64,000 nt of DNA from Octopus sinensis. Taxonomy: Eukaryota. The translations under genes and the position numbers were made by a program. Of the stretch, positions 56,836 to 64,000 are shown in pieces; positions within the stretch are counted from its first letter, which is position 1, and every line of letters begins with the position of its first letter. The notes under the pieces were generated by a model. That model searched no databases. It was not told where the DNA came from and saw only the letters and a list, made by a program, of their open reading frames with translations. The stretch is taken from positions 32,364,001 through 32,428,000 of the forward strand of contig NC_043009.1 in the NCBI RefSeq assembly GCF_006345805.1, written 5' to 3'.

Positions 56836-56885
56836 CCATTGATTCCCCTGTCCCTGAGGACCACTAAAGACAATTCAAAGAGTAC
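56836..56885 (-). CDS. Candidate 50-nt exon
   Basis: attattcttttcttcttgtag|GTA...AAT GG|gtaatt, open as VLFELSLVVLRDRGIN (phase 0 to 2). Confidence 0.35.
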
Positions 56886-58692
56886 CTACAAGAAGAAAAG
56901 AATAATAATATTTATCTGATTAGTCTGAAACCAATAAACAACGCAAGCAAGCGCGCACACATATTCGCAAATAGCCACACAGATACACACTCACACACGC
57001 GCATACAAACACGCGCGTGCGCAAATGTTTTCATTTATGGGGGTTGTCAGCTCGTAAACGCGTATGACTATCACTAATCTTACCCTAGATACTCAAGACA
57101 ATCGATGTCAGCCATACCGGTGCTAAACTTTCATTCAGATAGCAGCTTGCACAACACTGCTTAGACACTAACCTGCAAAGCCAAATAGTCCAGAAACTAG
57201 CAAGATCTCCGATTTCACAATCAAGTGAGTTATATTACAAAAGTCCACTCTGCTAGAGAGATGTCTCAGCAAAGACTAGGGGCCTATCATCTATCCTTTG
57301 ACAGAATGTGTTATTAGTCCTATCGAGTGTCCAACGAAAACCACCCTCCTTGCCAAGGAGTTGCGGGATTAGTAGAGTTGCCGGATTAGCCAACGATTTG
57401 TACTGGGTTACACGCTACCAATCGCTAAGAATGATCTCGCATATACACCACATAAATACAGATATATGCATTTATGTATACATTTATACATACATATATT
57501 TGAATATATATACAGACAGACAGATAAACAAAGAGATAGACAGACAAACACACACACAGATCGGTAGATAAATAGAGTAATAGATTGATAGGTAGATAAA
57601 TCATCGAAAAATTATTGCCTCTCCAAAAATATTTAAGATAAATTTCCTGGGAGGTTAGTGACAAAGGTTAAAGTTACGTATTCCAGTCCCTTAGAATTTG
57701 AAATGTCGGTATCCTTATCTCCAGAACCCAGAACTCATGAAATATTATACACGGTTGAAGATTATTCCACGTTTCACCTTTCTACATATCTGAAGCTACA
57801 AGAAAAAGTTATGACTTTCCACTTTTTTAAAGCTTTTCATTGATCCTAAATACAATATTTACATGCTTCTACGCCGGCTACTTTTGGAATATTTGGACTT
57901 TTTCTAAGTTTCAACATTACTGAATTGAAATAGTTATCAGTTATAAACAGTTACCAATCAATCAAAGGAGAATGATTCAAAAGAAACGATTATCCAATGT
58001 CCTTAGCTTTAGTTATCGATAAAAAAAATGTATTTTTAGAGCCATTTGGAGTACAAATATAATAGCAAAACAAAAACCGAAGGGAAGGCGTATTTTGACA
58101 CTTGAGAGACATGTTAAGTGTTATCATTCAATGTTTGTATGACAAACCGCTGTTGTAACTTAAATCATATAAAAAAAATAGCATTTTCCAATTCTATAGG
58201 ACAACGTTTATTTAAGAGCTCTGAGCTGATTCACTTATGGTTATTCTCAATAGCAAACTTTCAAGAACAACTGATATTACTTTGGCTTGGAATGTCTTAT
58301 ACATCAGCACATATTGGATAGTTTAAATTGCAACATTCACAATCCAATCATTTTCAGCAGAAACCAGGAATTGAAATTCTAAGTATCATATGTATTTCCC
58401 TTAATGTTCTTACCCCCCTTCGCCACTTCCTTCAGCATTTTCTTTTATTTTTAATTTACAATCTTTCTTCGCTGTTCAAGTAAATAGAAGTGGGAAAATA
58501 TCTTTGGGAAATCTCTGACAATTCACCAGAGATCAACAGAATACAATTTCAAATTTGAATGTGAAGATCTCGCTAAAAGCATTTTGATGTATTTCAAAAG
58601 AAGGAAATGTTATTCTCCATAAGTTTTATATCTGAAATAAAGAAAATAATATCAATAAACATACACGTACCTACATTTTTACTCATATATAC

Positions 58693-58762
<70 letters not shown>

Positions 58763-59759
58763 TATACATATATATATACATACATACATATATACACATA
58801 TATATATGCACACATACACATATGCACAGATATAAATGCATACATGTATATATAAATATACCTTTATATATATATATATGTATATGTATTGAGAGTAAGC
58901 AAACAATAAATTAAGTAAAAAGAAAATCGGTTGAGTAAATTTCACAAAAAAACTCCCGTTAATTGAGATACGTTATATTAAATACATAGGTATAAATTGC
59001 TTTTTTGGCAGGTAAAGTATAGCTTTTTGATGTCTTTTCAATATAAGAAAAAATAACAGAAAGGTTAGGAAGGGTAAATAATAACTTATATGTGTGAATG
59101 TAGTGACTGAGTCATTAATGTGCTGGTCTAGTGGACAAAAGATGAATAGAATGAATCAGTTTAGTGTTGGTGGTTTCTGGCAAAATGAACATAACTAAAT
59201 ATGGCCCCAGACTGATTAGAAATAAATAGTTAACAGCGATGCGGAGTTTCTCACAACGGTGTGTATAGCGAGCACTGAATAATCAGTGAATATTTTATTA
59301 GCGTATAGAAACGGCGTAGTAAGTTTAGATTAATCTCGCTTCGTCTCCTCCTCTCCTACGAGAACTTGAAATCGTGTTTAGATTACTGGGAAGACGGATG
59401 AAATCGATTTCAAAATGGCCCCCGGGGAGAATCCGGAGTGCAGGTTTTTACCTTCTTAGCCCGCTCACTATTTATGTTTTCTTTTAAATGTTAATGATGA
59501 TGATGATAGTGGTAACTGCGAGGATCAGTAGCAGCAAGGAGAGGAACCAAAAAAGCAGCAACACCAGCAACTACAACAACAACAACAACAACAACAACAA
59601 TAATAATGATGATGATGAAAATGATAAAAAATGTTCGCACAAGGCCATTAATTTCGGTGATGTAGGCAAATCGATTACATCGACTCCAGTGTTTGACTTG
59701 TGCTTTATTTTATCGTTCCCTATAAGATGAAAGATAAATGCGATCTCAGCATATGTTGG

Positions 59760-59854
59760 TTACAACGACCTTAGTGTGGTACTAAATTGATGGACCCCGT
59801 TAAGGCCGTTAATCCTTTTACCTGGTGTGCTAACAATTCTGCCAGCTTGCCGCC

Positions 59855-59857
<3 letters not shown>
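59760..59857 (-). mobile_element. SINE family B, internally deleted
   Basis: Minus strand AAGGCGGCAAGCTGGCAGAATTGTTAGCACACCAGG...CGGGGTCCATCAATTTAGTACC. Confidence 0.75.
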
Positions 59858-59911
<54 letters not shown>

Positions 59912-60049
59912 TTAATAATAATAATAAAATAATAATAACAACAACAACAATAATAATGATAATAATAATAATAATAATAATAATAATTATTATTATTATT
60001 ATTATTGTTATTATTTTTATTATTATTATAATGATGATGATGATACTTC

Positions 60050-60248
60050 TTTGTCTTAAAGGCACAAGGCTTGAAATTTGCCGGGAGGGGACTAGTCGAT
60101 TATATCGATCCCAGTGTTTCACTGGTACTTAATTTATTGAGGATGACAGGCAAAGTCGATCTCGGTCGAATTTGAACTCAGAACATAAAGACGAACGAAA
60201 TGCCGATAAGCTTCTGGTGTGGTAACGATTCTGCCATTTTGCCGCCTT
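60050..60248 (-). mobile_element. SINE family B copy with trinucleotide-repeat tail
   Basis: Minus strand AAGGCGGCAAAATGGCAGAATCGTT...CTGAGTTCAAATTCGACCGAGATCGACTTTGCC...AAGTACCAGTGAAACACTGGGATCGATATAATCGAC...GCCTTGTGCC, followed by the ATC/ATA array at 59860-60045. Confidence 0.85.
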
Positions 60249-60259
60249 GACAAAGAAGA

Positions 60260-60440
60260 GGAGGAGAAGCAGAAGCGGAAGAAGAAGAAGAAGCAGAAGA
60301 AGAAGAAGAAGAAGAAGAAGAAGAAGAAGAAGAAGATGATGATGATGATGATGAAGAAGAAGAAGAAGAAGAAGAAGAAGAAGAAAAAGAAGAAGAAGAA
60401 GAAGAAGAAGAAAAAGAAGAAGAAGAAGAAGAAGAAGAAG
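60260..60440. repeat. (GAA)n/(GAT)n microsatellite
   Basis: Directly visible; source of the poly-K and poly-S ORFs. Confidence 0.95.
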
Positions 60441-61346
60441 GATTTTTACAACAGTTCCTCCCTTTAATCAACTTACAAATAATTGGGCCATTTCCATTTC
60501 CTTCTCTTCCTTTCTTTAAAATCTGCTTCGTAAGAACATATTCATAAATCTCACTTTGTCTTCTTTTAATCGACCAACTCATGAAAAAAAATAAAAATAA
60601 ATAAATAAATAAAGTATTCTTCTTTTCATGAAAGATGCGTCTGCAAATACATTCGTATATTTAAATACATTATGCCTTCAACTATAATACAATCTATGTT
60701 AGCGTATGGGAAGTATGAATACAGTTAATATATTTTGTAACATTTTTATGTATTCAATTTCGTATTCTGAATATAGCTAAAATCTTACGTGTTTTATGCT
60801 GTAGACGTTTCATGAGCATAAAGAATTTATCATTTTAAAGCAAAACGAGAAATGTGAAGAGACTAGGGGTATTATAAAATCAGATTCTCACTACTCCCTG
60901 GGTAACACGAAATTGATTTCAAAATACCGGGAGGTACCTTGATATGTTGGCCTTTAAAACTTTAGTAGGAAGTTCATAACTCCTCATGAAGTCCCTGAAG
61001 ATAGAATATTACATGACAATGATTATTATGTAAAAAATCCATTTTCGCAGATTTGGAAAAAATAAAAATAATGGATTCCGACAATTCGATAATTATTATG
61101 TTATCCTCTCAAAACATATTCACTCCTTGTCTGTACACGTCGCTTTACTTGATACAGAAATAAGTGTTATTCTACTATGTTGACGATTGTATTCAGGCTT
61201 AGCATGTGTTTGCACGCTCTAACGTGACTATTAGATCTTCTATTAAAGAACATCTTTTCCTTATACATATAAGTGTAAGCAGCACACTTGCTCCATCCAG
61301 CGAAGAAAAGGGACTAACAAACATGACGTTTCAGTATAATTCTCAC

Positions 61347-61377
61347 CTCCTCAGTAACAGATACTATCCGGTCCTCT
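61347..61377 (-). CDS. Candidate 31-nt exon
   Basis: ctaattcttcttactgcag|A...GAG|gtgaga, open as EDRIVSVTEE (phase 2 to 0). Phase-compatible with the 56885 candidate. Confidence 0.3.
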
Positions 61378-62399
61378 CTGCAGTAAGAAGAATTAGCTGA
61401 TTCTATCCATTGACATCAATAAACGACAAATTTGAGTCAGATGGCTTGCCAAGCTGCGATTAATGTATTACAGGTATGTAAGGACGTGAGAAACAAAATA
61501 TTGATAATAATAATAATAATTACTTCGATTCTTATCGCGTTTTCGCACATTTCAATGTGGAGAGGGCTGTTGACTGTAGGAAATCGTATCAGTGAGTGAT
61601 AGATGTTGTATATAAGCAAGACACATGCTCCGAAAGATCTAAACAGACCTCTAAATCTGTTGCACACCTTCCATTGCTTTACACCAAGTTGTTAGTTGAA
61701 TAGAGTTGGGCCACTCACTATTTTTTTGGTAATTATTTTATATTTCCGATATGCAAAGTAAACATCGACAGCCAGAGTAATAACGAAGAACACTAATGGT
61801 GCACATTATTTCTGTTCGAATGTAGCGGTTTTCATCCGTGCTGATATAAAGATGCACATACACATAAATACACACACGTGCACACATGCTCAAACATGCT
61901 ATGATGTTATCTCCCTGTTTTCTGTCTTTAATTGTTGTAATAATTGATGAACTAAACCTCAGGTTAGTGAAGCTTCATCTCTCAATAATATACATGAATG
62001 CGTGATTTGTGTTGTGCGGGATATAATGTGTGTGTGTGAGAGAGAGCGAGAGAGAGAGAGTGAGTGAGAGAGAGCGGAGAGAGAGAGAGGGGGAGAGAGA
62101 ACATTAGAAGTACAGCGTTCACAGCTGAAATTTAGTAAAGAAAGACTTGTGATGACTGACCAGTATCAAAACAACTATAATGATGCTACCAACACTAGCA
62201 AAAGCAAGTATGTCAGAGTTACACGAAGTCAACACTGTAGGCACTCAGTACGCTAGTAATAGCAACCAAACCCTTAAATCACATTGAAACATCAAGGTAA
62301 ATGTGTGTAAAAAAAAATAAATATCTCAATTTATGAAAGGAATTAATATTTTAAGAAATCAGAGATCACCAATTTCATTTGTTTATAATCTTTAGTTGA

Positions 62400-63000
62400 T
62401 CCTGAATCTAGGATCAAGGAATTCAGTGAATCATCAGCTAACTCGTGGTAATATTGAATCTAGTATCAATTAGGTAATCGAATTAATCAGAACAAATCAA
62501 TAAATGAACGCGCATTTGCTCATAAATTACCAGATTTAATTCTACATGACAGCGCATCAGTGTGTTGTATTCGGTGAAGTTGTCTCAACTAATGTTATAT
62601 TATTCTGTAAAGAAAACAGTGGTTCAAACGAATTATTCATCTTAGCTTATGCTAGAAGCCACTGAATCCTGGGGAAGCGGCTCAGTGAATTAATTATCTC
62701 AGCTATTCTTAAACGATACTTAGTTAATGAGTAGGCGTTCTGTGAATTAACGGCCCTAGCTAATGGCATTTGAAACTGAATCAAGTACCTTCCGTTAATG
62801 TTCGATGACACCGAATCATAAAACAAAAGATTTATTAATGAACGACCTCAGCTAATGCCGGATAGCAATGAATCAAGAATCAATAGATCCCTCAATTATT
62901 AACAACAAAATATGTTACACTGGATCAAATAACAGCAGTTCAGTAACTTTTCTAGGATAATGTTTGGCTCTGCCGAATTAAGTTGATTCCCTGCCGTCAA
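62400..63000 (+). promoter_or_regulatory. Candidate cis-regulatory motif cluster (GAAT[C/T], TAAT cores, one P3-type TAATCGAATTA)
   Basis: 8 GAATC and 6 GAATT on the plus strand in about 580 bp of non-microsatellite sequence. Function is inferred only. Confidence 0.35.
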
Positions 63001-64000
63001 TTCATCCAATTGGTCCCTAAATAATCTTTCTACAATAATAATTCGCAACAATATTTAACTATATAGTGTCTATGTTATAAATCCATGGAAAAATATATCA
63101 TTACATCTTTTATCAAAAATATTTTTTATTTGCAGCTTTCTGCAAGAAAATAACTTTCTTTTGTAATATTTTCAAAGCATATACATAAGAGTTTTATAAA
63201 TCTAATATTGCCATTTTTAAAGTTTCAAGTAGGATCTTTCACAAACCTTTTGTTGAAAATGATGTAACAATATTTTTCTAGTCATGTTTTATATGCATAT
63301 GAATCACATTTTTGCATGTAAATTGCACAATTGTGTTTAATATTTTGCATTTTAAACAATACATGGACGTATTTTTACTGTAATGAGAAAACAACAGAAA
63401 AAACTCACCTATTACATATCTCAAATTTTAATCTCTGTATGGAGCTTTATAGTTTTCTGTCAACGTTAGAAGAGTCCCTTTTAATTCACCCCATACTGCT
63501 GATTACACACACACGAACATCATACATGTATCACCTATATTATAACATAAATTACTTATGGATGAGATTAACACCGTGTTTTATACTATTAAAATAGATA
63601 CTACCTCAATTTCAAACTATGATATGTTTGTGGTGAAAGAATAAGCATGGTGTAACTACCACTCAATTGTATCACGTCGGAAACTTAACTACAACGGAAC
63701 ATCTAGGTCGTATGTCACTAAATTTCCCAGTCTGATCTGACCTTAATATTGCAAGGTACTGCTACCCAATATTATTCCGCTGAAATGGAATCTAATATTC
63801 CCATTTTTAAAGTCTCAATTTATAGGATTGTTCACATACATGAATAAATTCTAAGCAATAACATAACCTCAGATTTCATTAATGAAATTTTATCTAAAAC
63901 ATGTCTTCATGACAATCTACTCTAACACCTGATTCCCACTCCTCTCAAACCCACACACCTCAGGGAGATCTTAACTCACCAGGAACTATATAAAACCAAG

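Noticed and set aside
60178-60582. Poly-Ser and poly-Lys ORFs
   Set aside because: They are a (GAA)n microsatellite next to a SINE.

Overview
AT-rich, microsatellite-saturated animal genomic DNA, most likely from a coleoid cephalopod (Octopus). That assignment is inferred from composition and my recollection of octopus SINE families; no search was run. No complete intact gene and no true tRNA, rRNA or CRISPR feature is visible. The window is dominated by mobile elements: two tRNA-headed SINE families (called A and B here), a 2.8-kb 5'-truncated CR1/L2-group LINE, a CR1 3' fragment, four R4/Dong-type RLE-LINE pieces (three stacked in trinucleotide repeats), an RTE 3' end with three C2H2 fingers, two Penelope-like GIY-YIG fragments, a full-length decayed DD34D mariner, a deleted DD37D (maT-like) element and a MITE. 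Several minus-strand segments have good splice signals and one open frame and may be exons of a long-intron host gene I cannot name; similar decoys occur by chance here, so these calls are tentative. The strongest observation is that the SINE A 3' tail matches the 3' end of the CR1/L2-group LINE through a double hairpin with compensatory substitutions, suggesting a SINE/LINE partnership. Other highlights: stacked microsatellite-targeting Dong elements, a near-perfect fold-back duplication centred on (TA)n, a spacerless 52-bp palindrome, several inverted SINE pairs, and a strand-biased GAAT(C/T) motif cluster near the right end. Nearly all poly-YI/CV/K/L ORFs in the track are microsatellite artefacts.
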